Virus genome (UHGV): UHGV-0071260
Reading direction: 5' to 3' (one strand)
DNA: 24,179 nt
From: a virus
The notes beneath the pieces are model-generated. The model saw nothing but the letters and a program-made list of their open reading frames with translations, made no database searches and had not been told where the DNA came from. The position numbers and the translations under genes are program-made. Below, piece by piece: positions 14,587-22,923 of this stretch (the first letter of the stretch is position 1; each line of letters starts with the position of its first letter).

Positions 14587-15044
14587 AGGCGTTAATCATC
14601 GCCGTTGTTGTTTGCATTATTGCCGGACTGACCGCCGTAACGTGTTATTACCAGAGTGAGGCGGCAAGGTTACAGGAAGAAGTCACGGTGACGAAAGGCG
14701 CACTGAAAACGGCAAGTAACACTATTCAGCAGATGAAGGAGCGAAACGCCGAACTGTCAAAACTTGATAAGAGGTATCACGATGAGATTAAAGCTATCAG
14801 ATCTGACATTGCCGATCTGCGCACTGGCATTGATAACGGTACTATCCGGTTGCGCGTCAACGCAACACCTGTGCGAGTGTCCGACCCCACCGGATCCGCC
14901 AGCGCCATTGATGGAGCCGCCTGTAGACTCACTCCCGACGCTGAATCGGCTTATCTATCCCTCAGAGAACAACTAAAAGAGAAAGATGCGAAGATAACCG
15001 CACTTCAGAGCTACATCAAAACGCAGTGCTTACGCAAAGAATAA
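14574..15044 (+). CDS. Rz: i-spanin Rz
   Basis: N-terminal TM helix then coiled-coil-like region; embedded +1-frame lipoprotein ORF; probable GTG start at 14574 after GAGGGGGA (the track lists TTG 14559). Confidence 0.75.
   Translation: MDKIKALIIAVVVCIIAGLTAVTCYYQSEAARLQEEVTVTKGALKTASNTIQQMKERNAELSKLDKRYHDEIKAIRSDIADLRTGIDNGTIRLRVNATPVRVSDPTGSASAIDGAACRLTPDAESAYLSLREQLKEKDAKITALQSYIKTQCLRKE
14782..14976 (+). CDS. Rz1: o-spanin Rz1 (lipoprotein embedded within Rz)
   Basis: Lipobox LSGC after signal peptide MRLKLSDLTLPICALALITV; proline-rich mature part; AGAGGT RBS before ATG 14782. Confidence 0.7.
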   Translation: MRLKLSDLTLPICALALITVLSGCASTQHLCECPTPPDPPAPLMEPPVDSLPTLNRLIYPSENN

Positions 15045-15214
15045 CAGCGCGTGGACGTGTCGCCGTTTCTGCCAGCCAGCCATAACCGGGCCAATCCTTC
15101 CCGCGAGCGACGGCGGAAATTCAAAAACACGTAATACCGGGTAAACAACCTCATTAACAGGTCGGGCGCTACCTGGGTAGAAGAAAGCGCCATTCTCCAG
15201 TTTTATAAAATTCT

Positions 15215-15243
15215 AAAAACGGTACTCACTCAGCGCCGTTTTT
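15215..15243 (+). terminator. weak candidate hairpin/terminator in the Rz-downstream intergenic region
   Basis: AAAAACGG / CCGTTTTT 8-bp arms around a 13-nt loop; AT-rich stem, low stability. Confidence 0.2.
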
Positions 15244-15323
15244 AGTGTTTTATAGCTGTTTTCACTCCCTGCGGTGTCCAGTTTTGCGGGGGGTTATATT
15301 TTTCAGAATAGGAGATTATTCTG

Positions 15324-15851
15324 ATGGCTAAGGCTAAAGGCATTAAATTGCCTCAATTTAAGATCCCACTCTTTGAGCATACAACAGTTTTCTTTTGCCC
15401 GACCCGCGAGATGTTCTATGAATTTTGCGAAAAGGCAGGAATTCCGATTGAACCTGATTTCGAGTTGGCTGGAGGATTAACGCTTACTTGCACTGGCGAG
15501 AATGGTGGTAACTTCTACGTGATCGCAGTATTCAACAATGAGTTGGGAACGCTAACGCATGAAGTGGCACATGCCACATTTCATTGTTTAAGTGATGTTG
15601 GCGTAATGGCTACAACAGATCCAAGCCATCCGGCAAATGAAACTTACGCTTATATGATTGGACGTATGTTTGATGCTTTTTATCCTGTACTACTTGAAAG
15701 CATCGACGCACAAGCCGCAGCTATCAGGGCGCAACAAGCGCTAGAAGAAGCTGAAAGAAAAAAAGAAGCCAAAAGAAAAGCAAAAACAAAAGAGCCGCCG
15801 AAAGTGGGAAAATACATTATTGCGGGGCAAAGCCGTTATGCAATGGGATGA
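15324..15851 (+). CDS. hypothetical protein with HExxH motif (possible zinc-metallopeptidase-like)
   Basis: THEVAH motif; Lys/Glu-rich C-terminal tail; AGGAGA RBS. Confidence 0.45.
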   Translation: MAKAKGIKLPQFKIPLFEHTTVFFCPTREMFYEFCEKAGIPIEPDFELAGGLTLTCTGENGGNFYVIAVFNNELGTLTHEVAHATFHCLSDVGVMATTDPSHPANETYAYMIGRMFDAFYPVLLESIDAQAAAIRAQQALEEAERKKEAKRKAKTKEPPKVGKYIIAGQSRYAMG

Positions 15852-16323
15852 TTATTTCAGTTATAACCCAGAAACAGAGGATCTAATGTGGAAGGTATAC
15901 AGATCTCCCAACGCAAAACCAGGCGACATTATCAGGGGGACTAAATCTAGAAACAAGCACTTGAGAGTAAATTTAAACAGAAAATATTATCAAGTTCATT
16001 GCATTATATGGGAAATGCACAACGGCCCGATACCGGAAGGAATGGAGGTAGACCATATTGACCATGACAAATGGAATAATAGGTTGCCAAACTTAAGACT
16101 CGTTGACGATGAGGGTAATGCGCATAATATGAGCTTGTTTAAAACTAACACAAGCGGCGTTTCCGGTGTCGGATGGCATAGCCAGCGTAAAAAATGGCGA
16201 GCAACAATATGGCATAAATGCAAGCAAATATCTCTTGGGTTGTTTGATAATTTTGATGATGCTGTAATGGCGCGGCGTGAAGCTGAAATTAAATATGGCT
16301 ATCACCCAAATCATGGTCATTGA
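15838..16323 (+). CDS. HNH homing endonuclease with AP2-type domain (second copy)
   Basis: HNH motif DHIDHDKWNNRLPNLRLVDDEGNAHN and AP2-like segment SGVSGVGWH...WRATI; the track start at 15820 is TTG, ATG is at 15838. Confidence 0.85.
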   Translation: MQWDDYFSYNPETEDLMWKVYRSPNAKPGDIIRGTKSRNKHLRVNLNRKYYQVHCIIWEMHNGPIPEGMEVDHIDHDKWNNRLPNLRLVDDEGNAHNMSLFKTNTSGVSGVGWHSQRKKWRATIWHKCKQISLGLFDNFDDAVMARREAEIKYGYHPNHGH

Positions 16324-16340
16324 TTTAAACGAGGCTGATT

Positions 16341-16415
16341 ATGATTGACCCGCTAATCATCCTTTCTGCCTGCGTCGCTGTATGGCTGGCGATCATGATA
16401 TTCATTGAAAGCTGA
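16341..16415 (+). CDS. mini-ORF 1 of 7, single hydrophobic helix (24 aa)
   Basis: MIDPLIILSACVAVWLAIMIFIES; GAGG RBS; read from sequence. Confidence 0.35.
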   Translation: MIDPLIILSACVAVWLAIMIFIES

Positions 16416-16425
16416 AGGTATCAAC

Positions 16426-16500
16426 ATGAATATTTACGATCTCATCTGGTGGTCATTGGTCGCCGTCATTATCTATTTCTGGTGGAAGAATGTTGTATAG
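16426..16500 (+). CDS. mini-ORF 2 of 7, single hydrophobic helix (24 aa)
   Basis: MNIYDLIWWSLVAVIIYFWWKNVV; AAGG RBS. Confidence 0.35.
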   Translation: MNIYDLIWWSLVAVIIYFWWKNVV

Positions 16501-16508
16501 GTGAAAGC

Positions 16509-16598
16509 ATGAACGCATGCGAAATGCTATTGCTGGTGGCTGTAGTTGTAGTTATTGCCGTGGACGTATACCGGGAGATTAAAAATGAAATGGCTTGA
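16509..16598 (+). CDS. mini-ORF 3 of 7, single hydrophobic helix (29 aa)
   Basis: MNACEMLLLVAVVVVIAVDVYREIKNEMA; AGGTGA RBS. Confidence 0.35.
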   Translation: MNACEMLLLVAVVVVIAVDVYREIKNEMA

Positions 16599-16650
16599 TT
16601 TCTTTTTCCTGATTGTTGCGATTGTTATTACCATGACTGCGCTAACTTAA
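16585..16650 (+). CDS. mini-ORF 4 of 7, single hydrophobic helix (21 aa)
   Basis: MKWLDFFFLIVAIVITMTALT; overlaps mini-ORF 3 by 14 nt. Confidence 0.3.
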   Translation: MKWLDFFFLIVAIVITMTALT

Positions 16651-16661
16651 TAGGTGAGCGA

Positions 16662-16736
16662 ATGAACGCTATTGATATTATGTTGATCGTGTGTACCGTT
16701 GCGTTATTTATTGTCGGAGTGATTATCAATGTCTGA
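16662..16736 (+). CDS. mini-ORF 5 of 7, single hydrophobic helix (24 aa)
   Basis: MNAIDIMLIVCTVALFIVGVIINV; AGGTGAG RBS. Confidence 0.35.
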   Translation: MNAIDIMLIVCTVALFIVGVIINV

Positions 16737-16797
16737 CAGTGATTTCTTAATCATGGCTACATGCACGTTGTTAGTAGTTATCGTTTTCTTCGCATAA
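16729..16797 (+). CDS. mini-ORF 6 of 7, single hydrophobic helix (22 aa)
   Basis: MSDSDFLIMATCTLLVVIVFFA; ATGTCTGA overlap with mini-ORF 5. Confidence 0.3.
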   Translation: MSDSDFLIMATCTLLVVIVFFA

Positions 16798-16807
16798 AGG
16801 TTAAACA

Positions 16808-16891
16808 ATGAAGGAGCTATTCGATTGGTTGGAAGTATTAACATACTGCGCAAGTTTTGTGGCTTGCGTATATATCATCAATAAATATTGA
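16808..16891 (+). CDS. mini-ORF 7 of 7, single hydrophobic helix (27 aa)
   Basis: MKELFDWLEVLTYCASFVACVYIINKY; AAGG RBS; stop overlaps the terS leader. Confidence 0.35.
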   Translation: MKELFDWLEVLTYCASFVACVYIINKY

Positions 16892-16902
16892 GAGGTGAGA
16901 TT

Positions 16903-17388
16903 ATGGCCCGCACTAAAAAGGCAAATGCTGACGATAAAAAGCCAGCCGCCAAAAAGGTGGGCCGTCCGCATGGCTATACCGAAGAAAAGGCATTAGAGAT
17001 CTGTGAGCTGGTGGCGGACGGTCAAAGCGTTAACAAAATTTCGAAAATGCCAGGTATGCCAACACGTTCGACAATCCTTAAGTGGTTCCGTGATGTGCCG
17101 GAATTTTCGGACATGTACATGCGCGCGAAGGAGATCGGCTTTGAGGTATTGGCTGATGAGATCATCGATATAGCTGATGCAGCGGAGAACACTGATAAAG
17201 ATCAATTGCGCCGCCATCAACTGATGATTGAAACGCGTAAATGGTTACTGGCAAAACTGCAACCGCGTAAATACGGTGAACGCGTCACACAGGAGATTGT
17301 CGGCAATAGGGAGGAGGCGCCAGTACAGGTGGAAGTAACGAAAGAAGAGATCGCCCGCATCGTCCAGGAAGTAGAAGATGAGGTGTGA
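16903..17388 (+). CDS. terS: terminase small subunit
   Basis: Signature GRPHGYTEEKALEICELVADGQSVNKISKMPGMPTRSTILKWF...EFSDMYMRAKEIGFEVLADEIIDIAD typical of HTH-type small terminases; GAGAGGTGAG RBS before ATG 16903. Confidence 0.8.
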   Translation: MARTKKANADDKKPAAKKVGRPHGYTEEKALEICELVADGQSVNKISKMPGMPTRSTILKWFRDVPEFSDMYMRAKEIGFEVLADEIIDIADAAENTDKDQLRRHQLMIETRKWLLAKLQPRKYGERVTQEIVGNREEAPVQVEVTKEEIARIVQEVEDEV

Positions 17389-17390
17389 TT

Positions 17391-18869
17391 ATGTTGACAA
17401 TCAAAGAACGAGTTATTCAGTCCAAATGCGAAAAAGATGGCCTGTTTTTCAATCGCTACTTCTATAGGCAAGCGAACGGAACGAAGATGTTATTATCAGG
17501 CCATCATTTAGCTATCCGCGACGCACTGCAACGCGTTATTAAAGGTGAGATAACCCGACTCATCATTAACATCCCCCCGGGGTACGGCAAAACCATGATT
17601 GCCACTATCAATATGATGGCGCGGTCCCTCGCAATAAATCCCCGCACAAGATTCCTTCACGTTTCCTATTCCAACAACCTGGCGCTACTCAACTCCTCGA
17701 CTGTAAGGAACATGATCTGCACGCCTGAATATCAGGCAATGTGGCCCATGAAGATCCGCAACGATGCCAACTCAAAATCGATGTGGTGGACTGAATACGG
17801 TGGCGGCGTGTATGCAACGTCATCACTTGGTCAGGTTACTGGGTTCCGTGCAGGGTACATGGAACCAGGATTTAATGGCGCGTTAATCATCGACGACCCA
17901 TTAAAACCCGCTGACGCTTACTCTGACGTGGTGAGAAAGCAGGTGAACACCAACTATAACGATACGCTTGCATCGCGTCTGGCAGTGCAAACAACGCCTG
18001 TTATCGTCATCATGCAGCGCATCCACTACGATGATTTGTCCGGCTACCTGTTACGCGGCGGGAGCGGTGAAAAGTGGTATCACCTTAACCTGCCAGTGAA
18101 GATCGACAACAGCGTTGACTACCGGGATTTGTATCCTGAAAACGAGTTCGCCATCCCTATTCCTCACAACCTGCCAGACGGCTGGCTGTGGCCTAAAAAG
18201 CACAATGACGCCCATGAAGCCGGACTGAAAGCACACAGGCGGTCATTTGAGGCCCAGTACATGCAGCGCCCGCGTAAATTCGACGAAGAGGGTGCATTGT
18301 GGACTGAAGCCATGATAACCGCAGCGCACCGGATGCAGATAACGCAGGACAAGATCCGCACGGTGATAGCCATCGACCCTGCGACAACGTCATCTGATGA
18401 GTCAGACGAAACAGGGATTGTAGCCTGTTCCGCTTATGGTGGTGGCAAGAATGCTCAGTATTCTGTTGATGGCGACTATTCAGGCCGTATGTCACCTAAC
18501 GACTGGGCGCAAGCATCAATGAACGCTTATAACATCCATGAAGCTGACGCGATGGTTATCGAAACCAACCAGGGTGGTGATATGGCAGAGGCCACACTAC
18601 GCAATGCCGGATTTAAGGGCCGCATTGTTAAGGTGCACGCAAGCAAGGGTAAGTTCGCCCGTGCTGAACCAATATCTGCGCTATATGCACAAGGAAGGGT
18701 GGCACACACTGGTGAGCTATACACGCTGGAAAATCAAATGATGGAATACGTGCCAGCTACCGCTAAAAAATCCCCTGACCGTATGGACGCTATGGTGTGG
18801 GGCATCACTGAATTAAGCCAACCGCAGGCAATGGGCCTCATGTTACCGAAGCGCCTGCGCGGATTTTAA
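17391..18869 (+). CDS. terL: terminase large subunit
   Basis: Walker A-like PPGYGKT, Walker B-like ALIIDDP, acidic nuclease-type C-terminal half; directly downstream of terS; ATG 17391 after GAGGTG. Confidence 0.75.
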   Translation: MLTIKERVIQSKCEKDGLFFNRYFYRQANGTKMLLSGHHLAIRDALQRVIKGEITRLIINIPPGYGKTMIATINMMARSLAINPRTRFLHVSYSNNLALLNSSTVRNMICTPEYQAMWPMKIRNDANSKSMWWTEYGGGVYATSSLGQVTGFRAGYMEPGFNGALIIDDPLKPADAYSDVVRKQVNTNYNDTLASRLAVQTTPVIVIMQRIHYDDLSGYLLRGGSGEKWYHLNLPVKIDNSVDYRDLYPENEFAIPIPHNLPDGWLWPKKHNDAHEAGLKAHRRSFEAQYMQRPRKFDEEGALWTEAMITAAHRMQITQDKIRTVIAIDPATTSSDESDETGIVACSAYGGGKNAQYSVDGDYSGRMSPNDWAQASMNAYNIHEADAMVIETNQGGDMAEATLRNAGFKGRIVKVHASKGKFARAEPISALYAQGRVAHTGELYTLENQMMEYVPATAKKSPDRMDAMVWGITELSQPQAMGLMLPKRLRGF

Positions 18870-18907
18870 AAACCATCCCACAATCCCCCGCAAGTTTTTC
18901 TATTTTT

Positions 18908-18921
18908 CGCGTAGCTACGCG
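18908..18921. repeat. perfect 14-bp palindrome CGCGTAGCTACGCG in the terL-portal spacer
   Basis: Sequence is its own reverse complement. Confidence 0.4.
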
Positions 18922-18947
18922 TAAACATGTATTCAGGAGTAAACATT

Positions 18948-20318
18948 ATGCCATCCAATTTAGAATTGGCGGTTAATGCTGCCTTGTCACAACGCCAGGC
19001 GGCCTATGCCCGCTATGCAGCGGCACATCCGTTCACTATGGGGATAGATGCCAAACGTGATGCTGCGTGGAGCGAATACGGATTCAAAGAAGAGATCACG
19101 TATCACGATCTATACAAACTGTACAGACGCGGCGGCATCGCTCACGGTGCTGTAGAAAAGATTGTTACGACTTGCTGGCGCACCAAGCCAAAGATGATTG
19201 AAGGAACTGAAGACGAGAAAGCGAAAAAGGAAACACCGTGGGAAAGAGAAATCAAGAAGAAATTTAACAACAGATTTTGGCGCACTGTTGCTGAATGTGA
19301 TCGCCGCCGCCTCATTGGTCGTTACTCTGGTCTGTTAATTCATATCAGAGATAACAAGCCGTGGGATCAGCCAGTGACAAAAGGCGTAGGCATTGCAAAA
19401 TTTACCCCTGTGTGGGCTGGCGCTCTTACACCGAAGGACTTCGAAGAAAACCCGGATAATGAAAACTATGGCCTGCCAACGTGGTGGGAATACAAAGAAC
19501 GCATTAACAGTAAGACCATTGCCAGAAAGATCCACCCTGACCGCATATTCATCTTTGGCGACTATTCTGATGATGTCATCGCTTTCCTTGAACCTTCCTA
19601 CAACGCATTCGTATCACTGGAAAAAGTGGAAGGCGGTAGTGGTGAATCATTCCTGAAAAACGCAGCGCGTCAGCTTGCCATTTCGTTCGATAAAGAGATT
19701 GACTTCCGTTCCCTGGCTGCAACATACGATTGCGACGTTACAGAGTTACGCGAAAGATTCAATGAGGCTACGGCTGAAATGAATAAGGGTAATGACGTAA
19801 TGATGGCGTTACAGGGTGCGACAGTAAGCCCGCTGGTTACTGCCGTATCTGACCCGTCATCAACCTATGACGTAAACCTGCAAACCGCCGCCGCTGGTGT
19901 TGATATTCCAACCCGCATCTTGGTTGGGAACCAGCAGGGAGAACGCGCATCAACCGAAGACCTGCGTTACTTCAACAGCCGCTGCATGACCCGCAGGGAG
20001 GAAATCGGTGGCGAGATTGAAGATCTGTTCCGCAAGATGGCAGATCTACGCCTTATCAGTATGCCAGTAGATGTATCAGTGCTATGGGACGACCTTAACG
20101 CCATGACCAAAGCAGAGCTACTGGAAGCCGCAGACAAGATGGCGCAAATCAATCAGGCTTGTTTGGCTACTGGTGAAGAAATATTTAGCGGCGATGAGAT
20201 CCGCGAGGCTGCCGGATACGATGGCCCAGCCAGTGAAGTAGAAACGGAAGAGGATGACGATGATGAAGGTGAAGAAAATAATCAGGCGAATACCTCCAGC
20301 CGCGATAATGCCATCTAA
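18948..20318 (+). CDS. putative portal protein
   Basis: Position immediately after terL; about 457 aa; acidic C-terminal tail; AGGAG RBS before ATG 18948. Assigned by synteny only. Confidence 0.55.
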   Translation: MPSNLELAVNAALSQRQAAYARYAAAHPFTMGIDAKRDAAWSEYGFKEEITYHDLYKLYRRGGIAHGAVEKIVTTCWRTKPKMIEGTEDEKAKKETPWEREIKKKFNNRFWRTVAECDRRRLIGRYSGLLIHIRDNKPWDQPVTKGVGIAKFTPVWAGALTPKDFEENPDNENYGLPTWWEYKERINSKTIARKIHPDRIFIFGDYSDDVIAFLEPSYNAFVSLEKVEGGSGESFLKNAARQLAISFDKEIDFRSLAATYDCDVTELRERFNEATAEMNKGNDVMMALQGATVSPLVTAVSDPSSTYDVNLQTAAAGVDIPTRILVGNQQGERASTEDLRYFNSRCMTRREEIGGEIEDLFRKMADLRLISMPVDVSVLWDDLNAMTKAELLEAADKMAQINQACLATGEEIFSGDEIREAAGYDGPASEVETEEDDDDEGEENNQANTSSRDNAI

Positions 20319-21204
20319 CACCGAAGACCCGACCATGACAGGGAAGTTAAGGTCGGGAGCTATTAAGCGTTTTAAAGCCTGCCTGAAGAAAGTTGCGGAT
20401 CCGTATATCGCCATACTGGACAAAATACAATATAGCCTGGCTGTTAATAAGAAATATACCTTCCAGATTTACATGGATGAATTGCACGACATGCTGGAGG
20501 ACGCCAGCGACATGATTGATGAGATATTCGAGCTAACCGACCCGGAAAGTTTTTGGTTCTGGCAGGAATACGTGAAGGTCGCGTATCAGCGCGGCACTTC
20601 TCAGGAATATGCCAACCTCGCTAACCAGTCAGTCACATATTCCAGGGCTTACCCTGAAGTGTCGGCGGTATTAACCAGTCAGACATATCGCACACGCCTT
20701 GCCCTGGTTCGTACCCGTGTATTTGAAGAGATGCGCGGGCTGACCGCACAGATCAAAAAGGATATGGCCCGACGATTAACCGAAGGGATGGCCCGTGGCT
20801 TAAACCCACTTGAAATAGCGCGCACATTGCAGCAGGAAACGCAATTGCCTCTATACAGGTGCAAACGTATTGCCCGTACTGAAATATGCACAGCGTTGCG
20901 CACAGCGCGTATGGATGAGGCAGAGGCCGCATCGGATGAGCTTAACTTGCGCACTATGCAGATGCACATTTCGGCATTGTCGCCGACTACCAGGCTGTCA
21001 CACGCACAGCGGCACGGAAAAACGTACACCATAGAAGAGCAGCGCGAATGGTGGAGTAGATCCCCTAATTCAATTAACTGCAAATGTAGCACGATTACCG
21101 TATTAGTTGACGAAGACGGTAATATATTAAACGAAAGAATATTAGATCGGGCGCAAGAAAACTACAAAGTTGCGCACGCTAAATATGGCGAAGATTGGGA
21201 GTAA
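20254..21204 (+). CDS. putative head morphogenesis protein (Mu F / SPP1 gp7-like)
   Basis: Position after portal; central ARTE-containing region (CKRIARTEICTALRTAR); start codon uncertain because the 5' end overlaps the portal 3' end. Confidence 0.5.
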   Translation: MTMMKVKKIIRRIPPAAIMPSNTEDPTMTGKLRSGAIKRFKACLKKVADPYIAILDKIQYSLAVNKKYTFQIYMDELHDMLEDASDMIDEIFELTDPESFWFWQEYVKVAYQRGTSQEYANLANQSVTYSRAYPEVSAVLTSQTYRTRLALVRTRVFEEMRGLTAQIKKDMARRLTEGMARGLNPLEIARTLQQETQLPLYRCKRIARTEICTALRTARMDEAEAASDELNLRTMQMHISALSPTTRLSHAQRHGKTYTIEEQREWWSRSPNSINCKCSTITVLVDEDGNILNERILDRAQENYKVAHAKYGEDWE

Positions 21205-21209
21205 AAACC

Positions 21210-22478
21210 GTGAATAAAGAGCTGATTCAGGTTAATACCAAATTAACCGCTAATACCATCCGCCGGGAAACATATAACGGGCGTGAACACATTGTGGTCC
21301 CGTCATATACGTTGCCCTTCAATATCGTTATGAATCGGGAATATTACCCGGAAGCTGAAATCATTGCTAATTATCAATCTCTGGAAGGCACGCTCGCACC
21401 GCTGGGCCATCCTACGGTTGACGGTGAATTTGTTTCCGCATTTAGCCCGGAAGGTCTGAATATTGGCTTTTGTGGAGCGTGGAACAGAAATGTTGAATTA
21501 CGCGGCAATCGTGTTTATGTGGAAAAATGGGTGGATGTTGAAACCGCCAGCCATTCAGAACAAGGCCGCGAATTATTAAGCCGACTGGAAGCGCTGGAAA
21601 AAGGCGAAAGCAAAGATCCGATCTGGTCATCCGTAGCCGTATATCGTCAGCGTATGCCAGCCACCGAAGAAATGAAAGCCCAGGGTGCTGACAGCGTTGT
21701 CAAAATTATGTCGATTGACCATGACGCTATCTTATTGCACGAACCGCCTGCCGCATCGCCTGAACAGGGCGTTGGCCTGATGGTTAACACTGACCAGGCG
21801 AAGCCGTTAATGGCGGTGGCAATGAAAGAAAACAGCTATCGCACGCTTGAAAGACAACTTGAGGAAGCGGCGCGTAAACTGTTCCCCGATGCAGATTATG
21901 TCTATGTTGTGGACTTCACTGATAAAGAAGTGACTATTGCCACTAACGCTGAAAATGCTCAAGTTTGCACGTATGAAAAACAGGCTGATAAAATAATTCT
22001 CAATAATGGCGAGCTTGCAACCAATGAGGAAGGTAAATCCTGGTTCGCTCAGTTCGCTGAACACCTATCCAATCTTTTCTCACTGAATGAAAAAATTAAG
22101 GCCAATAAATCGGAGGACGATCCCATGCCTTTGACCAAAGAAGAACGCGCCGAACTGGTAAAAGAAATTAACGAAAGCATCACTGCAAATATGGCTAATG
22201 CAATCGCTGAAGCACTTAAACCAGTACAGGCAAGCGTTGAAGAATTACAGATCAACCAGAAAGCGATTAAAGAAGAGATCGCAGCAAACGCAAATAAAGA
22301 AGTAGCAGAAAAACGCGCCGCAGTAGCAAAAGTGCACGGCGAAATTGTTGCTAACGCATTAAATGGGGAAGCGTTAGAAGCAATGTTTAAATCCCTGGGC
22401 AACGCAACGCCGATGGCAACCAACGCAGCAAGCGAAGGTAAAAAAGGCGAAGTACCAGACTTTAACACTTATTTCTAA
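21210..22478 (+). CDS. putative scaffolding protein or prohead protease-scaffold fusion
   Basis: C-terminal third is Ala/Glu/Lys-rich and coiled-coil-like; position between morphogenesis protein and capsid gene; probable GTG start at 21210 after GGGAG. Confidence 0.45.
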   Translation: MNKELIQVNTKLTANTIRRETYNGREHIVVPSYTLPFNIVMNREYYPEAEIIANYQSLEGTLAPLGHPTVDGEFVSAFSPEGLNIGFCGAWNRNVELRGNRVYVEKWVDVETASHSEQGRELLSRLEALEKGESKDPIWSSVAVYRQRMPATEEMKAQGADSVVKIMSIDHDAILLHEPPAASPEQGVGLMVNTDQAKPLMAVAMKENSYRTLERQLEEAARKLFPDADYVYVVDFTDKEVTIATNAENAQVCTYEKQADKIILNNGELATNEEGKSWFAQFAEHLSNLFSLNEKIKANKSEDDPMPLTKEERAELVKEINESITANMANAIAEALKPVQASVEELQINQKAIKEEIAANANKEVAEKRAAVAKVHGEIVANALNGEALEAMFKSLGNATPMATNAASEGKKGEVPDFNTYF

Positions 22479-22494
22479 TTAAAAGGGGATCACA

Positions 22495-22908
22495 ATGTTT
22501 CGTTTTCGTCGTGTAAATATTGATGGTAAATCCATTACCGAAACACGCGCAGCAGGTGCTGAATTAAAACCGGGGACGCTGGTGGTGTTGAAAGACGGTA
22601 AGTTTGTGAACGCTGTCGATGGTGAGGCTGGCGAGAGTGCCACTGCTGCCAGTGATTATACCGCTGGTGCTCGCTTGTATATCGTTAATCCTGCTTATCA
22701 TGAAGGTAAAGGTATTGGTGATGCCATCGCAGTAGGTAACACAGTAGTTGCAGATTATGTAGAGCAGGGCCGAGAGTTCGCCATGCGCCTTAATACTGGT
22801 GCATATAAAAAAGACCAGGCCATTAAACTTGGTGAGGTCACTGTCGCTTATTGCCAGGAAGACGTAACCCTGGAAGCGGTTGATTTCGTCCGTGTTCGCG
22901 TCGCATAA
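22495..22908 (+). CDS. hypothetical head protein (possible decoration or accessory capsid protein)
   Basis: 137-aa ORF between scaffold and major capsid genes; AAAGGGGA RBS. Confidence 0.45.
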   Translation: MFRFRRVNIDGKSITETRAAGAELKPGTLVVLKDGKFVNAVDGEAGESATAASDYTAGARLYIVNPAYHEGKGIGDAIAVGNTVVADYVEQGREFAMRLNTGAYKKDQAIKLGEVTVAYCQEDVTLEAVDFVRVRVA

Positions 22909-22923
22909 AAAGAGGTATACATA

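Noticed and set aside
14559-14781. Track start coordinates for Rz (14559, TTG) and Rz1 (14764, TTG)
   Set aside because: Better-supported starts exist downstream (GTG 14574 after GAGGGGGA; ATG 14782 after AGAGGT) and give canonical N-termini.
15011-15193. Minus-strand 60-aa ORF at the position where lambda carries bor (opposite strand after Rz)
   Set aside because: No signal peptide or lipobox, no RBS, overlaps the Rz 3' end; positional analogy alone is insufficient.
18051-18724. Several minus-strand ORFs inside terL and a + strand ORF at 18538-18741
   Set aside because: All lie within the terminase large-subunit gene; shadow ORFs.
19335-22468. Minus-strand and alternative-frame ORFs inside the portal, morphogenesis and scaffold genes (for example 20118-20423, 20679-21092, 22049-22468)
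   Set aside because: Low-complexity (Ala/Ser-rich) translations antisense to convincing structural genes.
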